Shown: positions 22,250 to 34,494, numbered from the stretch's first letter. The stretch is 34,607 nt of DNA from Reclinomonas americana ATCC 50394 (GCA_048213135.1 PS015032.1:1-34607), one strand, 5' to 3'. Notes: a model not told the origin generated them from the sequence alone. Translations and numbers: made by a program.

Positions 22250-24051
22250 CTACCTCGCACCCTCCACACTCGCCCTTCTCGTCCTCCTCATCTCACCCGT
22301 CTCCTCATCCTCCTCCCCGTCCTCATCCGCTCCGCCGTCAGCATCCAGTAATCTCCGCTGTGCCAGCGTCTCGTCTGCGGTTCCCGTGGTTGCAATCTCC
22401 TTCATTTCGGTGTCACGCTCGTCGTGCTCGGGATGCTCCGCCGGCACCACCTCCACCGCCGGCGACGATGAATCGTCCGCAGTCGCCGCTTGCTCCGCCT
22501 TTTTCTTGTTCTTGCGCATGTCCTCCACGCGCTTCATCCACAGGAAGATAAAGACGCTGAGCATGACGACGGCCGAGCCTGTCAGCTGCAGCGGCGATCT
22601 GACATTCTCACTGCGCCGTAACGAGAGTGAGGAAGCGGTGGCGACGGAGAGCGGGGAGAAAGCATGATTGCGGCGAAACTCGAGAATTAGCCAGCCAAAC
22701 ACCAGAGCGGAGACGAGGCGCACGGGAAGAACTCTGCGCGCGTGCCAGAGAGTGAGCACGGACACACAAGAGCCGAGGGAGAATGTTGGTACGTACGATC
22801 CGTGCACAGCAGCGCCGACGCGCCTGACCACCCACTGCACACAGTGTCATGCATGTCAGGCTGTGAGAATGCGTGTGGACACGACGCACGCTGCTCACCA
22901 TTTGCATGATACCCGACAGCCACATGATGCCGAGCGACATGGCCAAGAGCGTGCACCACGCCGTCACAGACAGGCGGCCAAGCTGGCTCCAGTCTACACG
23001 TCGCTATGAGATGTCTATAGCAAGGCAGGGCGAACATGACACACGCCACTCACCCTCGTGCAGAACAAACGCCGCGGGAGGCGAGTACAGGGACGAGACA
23101 ATGCTCTGGTACGTAAACGAGGTCTCCGCCGTCAAGTGGTCCAGCTCCTTGATCAGGATCTGCGTCGGGGAGGCGTTCAGTGTCTGTGAGGAGTCACTGT
23201 GAAGGAGATGCACGCACCAAGTACGCGGCGAGGGTGACGGCATTGAGAGCGGCCACGCTGATGCCCTGCAGTCACCAAAGGTCAGGACGAGAGTCTTGAC
23301 AACACCAACAATGATGTGGAACTCACCGCCAGGTCCAGCAGCGTCAGTTCAGAGAAGCCGACCTTGAAAATGTTCGAGCTCAGCATCATCAGCGCACCGC
23401 ACGTGGTGCCAATGACGGTGAACACTGAAGGCGGTGAGTGAGAGGACGGGAAGAAAGAGACGAGAAAAAGAGGATGAAGGCACCTGTTATTCTTGGAATG
23501 GGTTCCTTTTTGTAACACCGTGCAAAGGCGACGACCATGAATGGCGCCGTCAAGTGCACCGCCTGTGTCGCACATGGTGATCAGCGCGAACTATGCGGGA
23601 TATTGAGAAAGGAGGAGAGGAAGCGTCACACACCTGCACATATGCCGCCTTGGTCAATGCTGGGGCCACGACACTTGTGACTGAGCGCTGCAGACGAAGT
23701 GAGATGAGAGAGGGGGGGACGATGGAGAGGAGTCGCTCTGCTCACCTGCTTGCTCTGCTATTCTTCTCTACTCAGCTCTTCTCGGCTCTCCTGTGTCCTC
23801 CTCTCCTCTACATTGCTCGTCTCTGCTCTGCTCTCCTGTATCCTTTCTGCCCTTCTTTTCTCGACTCTCTGCTCTCCTGCGCTCTTCCGACACGAAACTG
23901 CGACCATGTTGAACATGAACAGCCATATTCGCCACTCTTTGATGGCGCCCCATTGAACCTTGCGCATGGGCGTGTACACCAGCAGCGAGATCGCCAAGCA
24001 CGGTGCGTTGACGAGCAGCGGCAGGATCATTACCGGCACGCCGAGGTCGAC
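22250..24051 (-). CDS. EamA / drug-metabolite transporter (DMT) family protein, first exon(s) not located
   Basis: Spliced: VDLGVPVMILPLLVNAPCL...YVQAVHLTAPFMVVAFARCYKKEPIP...GALMMLSSNIFKVGFSEL...LAAYLILIK...LVSALVFGWLILDENVRSPLQLTGSAVVMLSV, two EamA halves plus an acidic tail. The 3' end may extend by one more exon. Confidence 0.85.
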
Positions 24052-24344
24052 CTGATCGGAAAGGGTGGTGAGAGAGGGGGAGGGAGAAGGGAAGGGGAGT
24101 GAGCTGGCAATCAGAGAAGGATCGAAAGCAGGGCAGGCTGAGTACAGGAGAGGGTCTCAGCGCTTGCATGCGCCGGAGTGAGTGAGAGAGACGGAGGTAA
24201 GTGGAGAATACAATAGATCTCCGTGACCCTGACAGACAGTGAGAAAGGAGGAAGAAAGGAAGTGGGTCGCTCCTGTTGTGAGTGACGGGTGCAGTTCATA
24301 TGGGAAAAGAGAGAGAGAGAGGCTCAATGGTTCTGCAGGGGTTG

Positions 24345-24900
24345 CTGTCTGATGAATGCCAGCGGAGAGATGGGGAAACAGCAGTGGTGTCTTCTTATGC
24401 TCGGAGCGAGAGAAGAGAAACAACAACAGCTTCAGGGGACACTGCTGTTGGAGATGGGGTCGCCGCGTGTTAGGAGACAGGAGCGAGAGAAATGAAACAA
24501 CAACAGCTATTCAGGGAGTGGTGCAGTTGGATACCAGTGAAGTGAAGGGAGAACAGCAGTGGGGCTTCGTGCTCGGAGCGAGAGAAGAGAAACAGCAACA
24601 GTTCTTCAAGAATTCACTGTGCCACAGAATGCTAGTGAGAAAACTGAGAGCGAGAATGTGCAGTGAGGCTGCGGCGCACAAGAGAAACGCACAGCAACAG
24701 TTCTTCAGAAGGCCACGATCGATGGATGCCAGTGCAAGAGACGGGTTCACAGCAGTCAGGAATGAGACAAGAGAAAATAACTCTGAAGCGGGTTGGCGTT
24801 GTCGAATGCCGAAGGATGCACAACAGCGGAGTGTTCGCGTGCTCGAAGTGAAAGAAGAGTGCACAGCAATCTATCTGCGGGATGAATGCCAGTGAGAGGA
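24345..24900. repeat. Degenerate 80-90 bp tandem repeats in a long intron
   Basis: Recurring GATGAATGCCAG and GCTCGGAGCGAGAGAAGAGAAACA(A/G)CAACAG blocks. Confidence 0.7.
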
Positions 24901-25006
24901 GAGGACGCACAACAGACGGGTTCTAATCAAAGAAACTTGACGATCGTGATTGCGAACAGTGGGGGTCTATGTGTTTGTGATCACATGACAGCAGTCATTC
25001 TTGCAG

Positions 25007-25037
<31 letters not shown>

Positions 25038-25829
25038 CAAGTCGACAATGAACACTGCCAGCTGTCTTCTCTGCAGTGGTGAGAGACACTAAGAAGACCA
25101 AGTCAAATGCGATCAGTCTCTGCCAGCACATCTTATCACAGAGTGCAACAAGAGAGCTCAGAGAGCGCGAGAGAGCACAGACAAGCAGCCTATCATTGCT
25201 ATCATCAAGCCCACACAATCACCCTCTTCTTGATCTGACAAGTCAGTGACAACACACNNNNNNNNNNNNNNNNNNNNNNNNNNNNNNNNNNNNNNNNNNN
25301 NNNNNNNNNNNNNNNNNNNNNNNNNNNNNNNNNNNNNNNNNNNNNNNNNNNNNNNNNNNNNNNNNNNNNNNNNNNNNNNNNNNNNNNNNNNNNNNNNNNN
25401 NNNNNNNNNNNNNNNNNNNNNNNNNNNNNNNNNNNNNNNNNNNNNNNNNNNNNNNNNNNNNNNNNNNNNNNNNNNNNNNNNNNNNNNNNNNNNNNNNNNN
25501 NNNNNNNNNNNNNNNNNNNNNNNNNNNNNNNNNNNNNNNNNNNNNNNNNNNNNNNNNNNNNNNNNNNNNNNNNNNNNNNNNNNNNNNNNNNNNNNNNNNN
25601 NNNNNNNNNNNNNNNNNNNNNNNNNNNNNNNNNNNNNNNNNNNNNNNNNNNNNNNNNNNNNNNNNNNNNNNNNNNNNNNNNNNNNNNNNNNNNNNNNNNN
25701 NNNNNNNNNNNNNNNNNNNNNNNNNNNNNNNCATGCACGAGGCCCGCAAGTGTGTGTCATATTCTGCGATTCTTGCATAGCATGCATGCAACCAGTCACT
25801 GATGCAGCAGTGAATGCTTGGCCTTCCCG

Positions 25830-26460
25830 AGTTGCTCTTCTCTCTTCCTTTTTCCTCCTCATCTTCCTCTTCCTTGGTATCATCATCATCGCCTTCTCCT
25901 TGGTCTTCTTGTTCTTCTTCTCCAATCTTTGTTCTCCATCTGCACGGTCTTCTTCTTCCGCCTCCTTCTCATGCTCCTCCTCACTTCACCCCTCCTCCGC
26001 CTCCTCCTCCTTCCATCGTTGTTCTCCCTCTGCATTTCCTCCGCCTCTTCCCTTTCATGTTCTCATCGTCTTCTTGTTCATGCTGCTGCTTCTTCTCCTT
26101 GTCCTTCTTTCTTCTCTTCTTGTTGTTGTTGTTGTTTTTCTTTTCTTCTTCTTCTTCTTCTTCTCCTCCTCCTCCTCCTCCTCCCATCGCTGTTCTCCTT
26201 CTGCATTTCCTCCGCCTCCTCTCTTTGTTGTTGTCATCGTCTTCTTGTGCTGCTCGTTCTTTTGTTTTTCCTCTCATCTTTGTTCCTCTTGTTATTCATC
26301 TTCTCCTTCTTCCTTCTCCTTCCCCTTCTCCTTTCCCTTCTCCTCCTCCACCTCCTCCTCTTCATTCTTCTCTTTTTCTCCTTCTCCCCCTCCTCCTCCT
26401 CCTCCCTCCTTCCCTCCCTTCTCACCTCCCTTCTCCCTCTCCGTCCCACTCCTCCTCCCC
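25830..26460. repeat. Polypyrimidine (CTT/CCT)n low-complexity tract, probably intronic
   Basis: Strongly C/T-biased for about 630 nt, with an internal duplication (CCATCG.TGTTCTCC.TCTGCATTTCCTCCGCCTC); ends at the acceptor CAG 26463-26465. Confidence 0.85.
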
Positions 26461-26465
26461 ATCAG

Positions 26466-27952
26466 CTTCAAGACCACATGCCACCCATCGCCCTCACCGT
26501 GCTCATGTCGGCTCCCTGCCTGGTGCTCTCCCTCGCCTTCCTGGCCTCACGCGGCCTGGTCGACTGGCGACAACTGCGACGACCAATGTCGTGGTTCTTC
26601 CTGCTGATTGTCGTGCTGGTGCGTTGCCCGCTGTGTCTCTAGTTTCTCGCACACGCTGACATTCGGCGCAGCGATACACCACCACGGTGCTTGGACCAAA
26701 GTACACCAGAGCCGCGCTGTACCAGGCCGTCGTGATGACTTCGCCATTCGTCACGGTCGGATTGGGACGGTGTTTCTTTGGCGAGCGTATCAGCTTGGTG
26801 GCTGGTGCGGCACATTTCCCCTGCCTCTCACCCCGCATTTCCGCTTTCTCAACCTTCTTTCCAGTGATCACTGCCATTTTTGCGGCATTCGGCGCCGTGC
26901 TCATGTTGTCAACCAACCTGTGGGAAGTGGGCTTCTCGGAGCTGAGCACGAATGACTACATCGGCCTCGCAAGTGCGTCGTGTTTGAGAGAGAGGCAGAA
27001 GATCCATGCCCGCCTCACTCACTCGCGCGATCAGTTGCCTGCGCTCACTCCTGCGTCTTGGCCGTGTACTTTTGTTGCGTCTCTGTTCTCCCCACCGCAC
27101 TTATGAATGCTCGACTGAAGTCGTAACTGGTTCGACACAGTGCTGCTGAAGGGCATCAAGGGCACGGTACGTCTTACTTGTCACGTGTTCGCTTGCTCTG
27201 CGTTTCTGATCGGTCATGACTTCTGCAGTCGTCGGAAACACTCTACACCTTCCAGGTGATTCCGCCTCTGATCTACGGACCGCCGGTATCCTGGGCCACG
27301 GGTGAAGGTTTGTCTCCCTCCTCTCTTCCCCTCCCTTGCTCTCTCCCTTCCCCTTCTATCCTCACTCCCTTTCCCTTGATACACAGACTGGGGCATCTTT
27401 TTGCACGTCTCCCTGCAAGGCTGGCTCATCTTCGCCGTCATCTCTGTGGGCATCCTCTTCGGCGTCAACCTCCTTCAAATGTACGTCGTCAAGAACATTG
27501 GCGCGCCGACGCACAGCAGCATGCTGGCTGTCAGCTTGGTGGCGGCCACGTTTTTCGGGTGGCTCTTTCTTGGGTGCGCTACATGGCATGCATGCATGCA
27601 TGTGGGTATTTGCTAACATCGTCGGTTGCACAGCGAGGAATTCTCGTCCGTCTGGCAGCTTCTCGGCGCAGCGCTGGTCATTGTTAGCGTCACTGTGCTC
27701 TTGTGGCGACAACGTCAGGTTGCGATGCGCGCCCTGGCCGCCCAACAGCTGGCCGCCATGGATAACGTGGAGCTGATTGAGCTGGGCGTCACCGGCACTG
27801 CCAAACAGGAAAAGAATGAGGAGATGACAGAGGAGCATGAGGATGAGGACGCCGTCGCGCGCCACTCACTGCTGTCTGATCAGGAACTACTCAGTACCGC
27901 CGACGAGGAAGAGGAGACGACAGATGGTCGTGGCAAGAATGTCGTCGTCTGA
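26466..27952 (+). CDS. EamA / DMT family transporter, paralog of the 22250-24051 gene, first exon(s) not located
   Basis: Spliced: LQDHMPPIALTVLMSAPCL...LYQAVVMTSPFVTVGLGRCFFGERIS...GAVLMLSTNLWEVGFSEL...LVAATFFGWLFLGEEFSSVWQLLGAALVIVSV, acidic tail, TGA 27950-27952. Confidence 0.87.
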
Positions 27953-27961
27953 CTGAGTGTT

Positions 27962-29703
27962 TTACAACAATTTGGAGGTGAGCAACCAGCGGCGCACCAG
28001 TGCGCGGAAGCCCACAATCGAGTCCGCCGACGCCGGGTGCACCTGCAGCAGGGCGTACGCCGGCCGTCCCATGGGCGACGGCACCTCACCAGGTGGGTCT
28101 GTGGCGTTGCCCGGCAGCACCGTGGCATGCACGCGAATCACGGATCCCGAGCGCGGCAAGGCCGGCATGCCAGTGACAAGAATGAGGAAGCGACGCAAGT
28201 CGGCTTGCGACAGCTGCCCGATGACCTGCGTGCACCAGTATGTTGAGTGAAAGAAAAACGAGGGGAAAGTGTGGAGTGTCCAACCTGAACAATATTCTGG
28301 GGGCCCGGCGACTGCGCCGCAAAGTCCTTGAAGCGCAGCGCATAGAGGACGTCGCGTGCATCCACGGCATTCGGCGCACACACCACACTCTTCAGCTCGT
28401 ACGAACCCAACTCGACAAATACCTCGGAGCGCAAACCGCAGCTCCAGCACTCGGTCAGGCCGTGACGGACCAGCTCAATGGCCTGTCGTCTCTCGGCACC
28501 CAACAAGCGAGTACGCGCTCGACCACACACATACGCCAGCACAGTCGTCGAGGTGACGGGATCCGATCGCACTGAGGTGCAAGGATGAGGAGCGAAAGGA
28601 AGAGAGATAGATGTTCGTTGTCCACTCACATGTGCCGGTCGGCAAGAACTCGCGCTCCACCAACTCAAACGTAAGATTCGCCGGCAGCGGCAGGTAGCAC
28701 AGCACTTGAAGCGCGCGAGACAAGGTCGGATCCACTGGCTCCAGCAGCGTCTGCAGCGCCATCCACACCTCCGGCGACGACATGGTCGATCGGAGGATGG
28801 TGGACAACGACGACGAGCCGGTGGCGAGCACGTCCCAGAACACAGGCGCCAGCAGCGTCGGCGGCACCGGACGACCGTCGCCCACGCACTTGGCGATGAG
28901 GTGACCGAGCTGCACCAGGTGGCGCTCGCACTCATCTCGCTGGCGCACCGGCATCGATTGCAGCGGCACCGGGTACCACACGGCGCTGTCGGGCAGACGC
29001 TCAAACGCATCGCTCTCCACCAGCAGGCGCAAAAAGAGCTGCGTGTTTCACACAAGTGAGATTCACAGTTGGAAAGAGGTGGGTGAATGGAAACAGACCT
29101 CTTCATAGAACTCGAGGACGCGGCCGCTGCGCTGCGGCACGTCGGTGAACACAACAGTGGTCGGTGCAATCCAGCTATCCAGCGGCAGTGATTCCAGTGC
29201 ATGCAGCGTAGTGCCCAGCATGGTTTCCCGTGTGACTCGAAGTTGCTGCGGAACCATGGTGAACAAAATGAGGAGGAGGAGGAGGCACGGAGACTGAACA
29301 GCGATCGCAGTACCAATCCAGGATCGTTGAGGCGGTGCAGTTCGCGTGTCTGCACCACGCCGTGTGCAAATGCCGCAATCCGCGCTTCCTCGCCTGCTTC
29401 CAATGACAGCTGCTTGGTGAAGTACGGTTGCCAGGTGGTGTCGCGGGCGTAAATGCGGGAGCTGGGGATCGGGTGAAGCTGCGGGAGAGAGTGATAATAA
29501 GTACAAGAAATCAACTGTCGTGGTTCTCTCTCCCTGATCACCTCCACGTTGACATCCCTTCGTCCTCTCTCCACCTCGTGCTATGTTCTCTATCTCTGTC
29601 TCCCTTTCTGTCGGCTTGTTAATCTCTGTGCACATCCACGTTGTCTTTTCCCTAATCCTCTCTCCACTTCTACCTCTCTCTCCGCCTCTTCTCACGCTCT
29701 GTT

Positions 29704-29740
<37 letters not shown>

Positions 29741-32700
29741 CTGTCTCTGTTTCTCCATTTCTTGCTCGCCTTCATACTCAATTACTCGCTCACTCATTCA
29801 TTAGTCTCTGCATCTCTGCTTCCATATTTCTCCCATCCTCTCCACTACATTCACCCTTCCGTCATTTCCTCCTTCCCACTTAAGCACTCCCCATCTCCTT
29901 TTGTCTCTCTTTCTCTATCTTGGCGCAACTCCACGTTGATTTTTCTCATTTCTTCCTCTGTCCACTTCAATCTCAATTCTCTCACTCCATCTCCGTCTCG
30001 CCTCTGTTTCCATGCACTAGTTTCAGCACGCCTCTCTCTCATATGCCAAGTCCGCGAGCTTCTACGTTGACGTTCCCTTCTTCCAATCCATCGATTCTCC
30101 CTCTTTTTCTCCATCTCAGAGCTCCTCCACTCTGACCCTTCGTCATCTCTTCACTTCTGTCTCACTCTCTCTCTCTCTCTCTCCCTTCTCCCTTCCCCAC
30201 CCTCTCCCATCCCTTCTCCTTCTTGCTCCCCCGCCCTCTCCCCCTTCCCGCACCATTGCCTGCAGCAGCGGCACCGCATCCGGCACCGTGATGCTCGACA
30301 GCAACGGACCAAGCATCACCTGCTCCGTGTTCACATCGACCACCACGGTGGCATCGGCACCCGCAAAGGCTCGCAGCAGCAGCATGCCCGCCGCAAACAC
30401 ATCACTCGCCATGGTCGGCGACGCACCCTCCACATGCAACTCCGGCGCCCAATATTCGGGTGCGTTGCCCGGCGTCACTGCAAACGCAAAGTGGTGTTGA
30501 GCGAGAAGGGAAAAAGAGAAGAATAACTAAGTTAGGTGGCGACTACTCACCAAGTGGTTCGCCCTTGACCAGTCGTCTGGCCGTCCGCCCAATGCCCACC
30601 CCGACAATCACCGGTCGACCGTCGGCCTGCACGAACACATGGTCGAGCGACAACTCGCCGTGGACCAGCTCGCGAGTGTGCAGCGCTTGCAGACCCTGGC
30701 AGACGAACGGCGTGAGTCACACGCAAAAGTAACGATTGGAGACTGAGGGTTCGTGACGTACGTGCAGAATACCGCGCATTACGCCGGCCAGATCGGCAGG
30801 TGAGCGCGTCTCTGCGGCCAGCCACTTTCGCAACGTTACAGGACCGACGTACGGTTGTTGCAGGAACACGACGCCGTCCACGACTCCCGTAAAGAGGCCT
30901 TCGATGCGCATGACATTCGGGTGATGGAGGGCCGACAGATCGGTCACCAGTTGCAGGAAGTGGCTCAGCACGGATCCCGCGTGACGGCAGTCGCAAAAGT
31001 CAAAGCGCTGCAGAATGCACATGTGGCCGTCCTCCTTCAATCTGCAATGGGCGTGAGAAAAAGCATCACCCGCACGTGAAAGGGAATCATACAAACTGCA
31101 CACCTGGCCATCACCACATCGCCCGTGCTGCTCATGCTCTCCACCGTGTCGTAGTCGTCGCGACGTCGACCACAGATGAACATGTCGCACTCTTGTAAGA
31201 TGCGAGGCTTGCGCGGGAGTGCGATCGGTAGCGACGAGCCAATGTCCTCCTGTACATACAAGCATCAGGGCGATGTGTGCACGACAGATTGTGTGACTCG
31301 CGATTGATTACACAACCTGCCACTTGCTCATGTCGGCCACGCGCAGTCGGAACTCGGGAACCAGCGAACTGTTCTCAAACTGCAGTCGCTGCTGCTGCGC
31401 GCGATGCATTTCGACGCGAGCGACATCTGCCGTGGACTGCAGGCGAGCCAACTCGCTCTCCAATTGTTGCATGTCGCCGGGCGCGGTACCGTCAAACTGT
31501 CCCAATCGATGTCGCAGCTGGGGTTGATAGAGATGGTGAGGTTACGGCACAGAACACGCCATGAACAATTATGATGGTCGACTGACCTGAATGCGCTCCA
31601 GCTGCAGCTCCGCCTCGGAAAGTGTTCGCTTACACCGGATCAGGTTCTCGAGGCAGCGATCCGACTCATCGTGTGCCTGCACAACCTCGCGCATCCGCGT
31701 GTACTCGGCGTTGTAGGCCACACACAGCAGATGCAGGTGCACAAGCCACTGTCATCGCGCGAGAGAATGAATGCGCATAACGACGACCGCAGCGATGAAG
31801 AAGAGACGCAACCACAGTGCGAGAGTCCAGAATGTCACGCTGGCCACTGGGTGGAACCGGGAATGTGACGATGGCCTGGAAACGATAGAAATGAGCATTG
31901 GAAGAACAGATTTCCAATAAAAGAGCAGCAATGCACTGCCTCACTCTCTCGTTCTCACGCTTGCACTCACCGAGGCCAACTTGTCATGCTCGTAGTTGAC
32001 TGCCGCCAGAAGAGCGGGTGTGGCCGCTCTGTCACCACGCTCGTCCACAGGAGCCTCCATCCACGCACGATTGGTGCGCAAGACGGCATCGGAGAGCCAG
32101 CGCGCTTCGTCCACCACCCACCGACCAATGTCGGTGTACAACTGAGACACGTTCACTGCACGCGCCTGTGAGCCCGTGCAGACATCAAGAAAAAACAACA
32201 GAATTCCACGACACTCACCGTCAACTTGACGCTCGCTCTCATCAAACGACGACGAATCGCGCGCCGCCGTTAGTGCAGGCGGATGCAACAGTTGCTGCTG
32301 CACATGCTCGTTGAGGACGAGGTGCAATCGCGCCGCTTCTGTGCACTCTCGACGACGAAGCTCGACCGCTTGCTTCACTTCATCGGACATGCTGTGAAGA
32401 ATGAAATGAGTACGCCGTCCTTTCGAAGATACGCGCTTGTGCGACTCACCGCCAGTGCTTATTGACGAGATTTTCGACGGCCGCAATGGCGGTATTGGCG
32501 GCAGCCAGTCGCGCCTCCAACAATGTGATCAATTCGCGCGTCTCGTGGTGCGAGGTGTGCAGCTGTGCCGCAATATAACCGTCACCACATGATGGGAGAC
32601 ACAGCGCGGAGCATTGAGAGTACAAGACGCACCCAGTCAATCAGCTCGATCACCTGCTGGATCTTCAGCTCTGCCGCACTGCGACGAAGTGCCGCCAGCG

Positions 32701-34481
32701 TCTCTCCGCTCGAGAGCGTCTGCTCCGTGGCCGCCAGTGTTGGTGGCAGCGGCGTCTCTGCGATGCCTTCCAGGAACACGGCCAGTTGGTCCAGTGATTC
32801 TGCGGCGCCATGAAGTGAGAAGAAAGTGCGTGCACAAAGGGTGGACTGCAGAGGCGCGCTTACCGATTTTGTGATCGACATCACACCAAGGACCTCGAAT
32901 CCAGTCGTTTGGTTCGACGACAGGCAATGGCAAGTGAACCTTGCGGGGAGAGTGGAGTGAGAAATAATAAGTGCGAGGACGACCTCCTGGTGTCTGCACA
33001 CCTGATCGGGAAACTCCTCATTCGGGTTGCGCTTCCGCACGGGATGCGCGGAGGGGGAATCGCGTTGACCGCGATGATGGCGGACCTCCATGCAGAACGA
33101 GTGCAGTCCATTCGTCAGCAGGTGGCCGGGAATGGCACAGCAGAAGACGTCGGGGTCCACTTCGCGAGTGTACGACGTGTCGACCACTGTGCATGCCAAA
33201 TGAGTGCCACGAGAGAGAAGGATTCCACACACTGTGCTTGAGCAGCACCTTGCACGCTCTTGTCCGGCTTGACGTGCACGAGGCGCGCGTCGAACTCAGC
33301 CGAGGGGAACTTGCGCGACACCCACTGCAGCCGCACTTCACCGCCCACCAGGTGCGGCTCATCGGCCGATGCCACTCCCATGACGCGTCGCGGCAATACT
33401 TGCAGGGCCGGCACTTCGTTGCCATCAATGCCCGGTTGCTCCAGCATGCTCACCTCTGCAATCGGGTGAGTTCACACGCAAAGCAGAGTGAGAGAGGGAA
33501 GGACAGTGATTGGCACGCACCGACGTGCATGGAGAAGACGTCGTTGCTGGCGCCGGAGCCACCAAACATCATGCAGCTGGTTGGAGGGATGAAAATGAGC
33601 AACGGGGGAAGTGGGGAGACAGTGGGAAAGACTGCAGGCAAACCAGTCGGGACGAAGTCGCACGAGTGAGTGGCCGGCGCGCGCAGTGGGGCACTCGGTA
33701 TCGGCGGGGAACTCATGACGGTGCCATGTCATGGAGACTGGGGTGATGGGAAGGAGGGGTATGTAAGATCAGGATTGCGCATAAAAAAGCACACACACAA
33801 ACGCACAGGCTGACACTCACTCACGTAAACACCACGCACACAAACGCACACACGAATAGGCAGGCACGTACACACTCTCTCACAGCACTCCTTAACTCAC
33901 TCCTTCACTCACTGTCACTCACACAATACAACCCGTACGCGCTCACACAATTGCAAATCACCACGCTTACGCAAGCACGAATTCTCTCACTCACTCACTC
34001 GCTCACTCTCCTTCACTCACACGTCACACACTCCTTCACTCACTCTCACTCACTCTCACTCACACAGTACAACCCGTACGCACTCACACAGATCACCATG
34101 CATACGCAAGCACGAACTCTCTCACTCGCTCACTCCTTCACTCACTCTCTCAATCAGTCATCAAGTCACTCACTCTCACACAAATATCACGCTCAATCTC
34201 ACAAACTCAGTCACACTAACAACACTCACTTACTCACTCAGTTATTCTCATACTCACTCACTCACTCACTCACACCACGCACACACTTCTTTGCAGTCTC
34301 ACTGGGGACTAACCCGTGTTCAACTCATACAGATGGGGCGACAGAGCGCCATTCACATCGCGTCCACCCAAGATCACTAGACGCGTCTTGTAGATGTTGA
34401 CGGCCGCGGCGCCGGCCAGCGGCGGTGGGGCGTGTGCCGAGGTGGCGTTGGCGAAGGCCACGCGCGACCAGGTCATCGTAA
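27962..34481 (-). CDS. Kelch repeats, possible Ig/CBM-like domain, coiled coil, pseudokinase and pseudo-HECT multidomain protein (5' partial)
   Basis: About 21 GT-AG introns give a continuous frame. Kelch: PPPLAGAAA..LVILGG, PTARAGHS..MMFGG. Kinase: LHHPNVMRI, GLQALH..LVHGEL, YWAPEL, SDVFAAG, MLHP...R....QPYF. HECT: LRVTRE..., LGHLIAKCV.DG, RRFLILVTG..ALP. Stop TAA 27962-27964. The first visible exon begins at an acceptor (34481), so upstream exons probably lie outside the window. Confidence 0.85.
33790..34285. repeat. (CACT)n/(CA)n degenerate microsatellite inside an intron
   Basis: Dense CACT units plus a duplicated block ACAACCCGTACGC.CTCACACA...ACGCAAGCACGAA. Confidence 0.85.
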
Positions 34482-34494
34482 CTGGCGAGGGTGG

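Noticed and set aside
25158-26659. Long ORFs of 177-453 aa
   Set aside because: Artefacts of N runs and stop-poor CTT/CCT tracts; only the part from 26466 is credible coding sequence.
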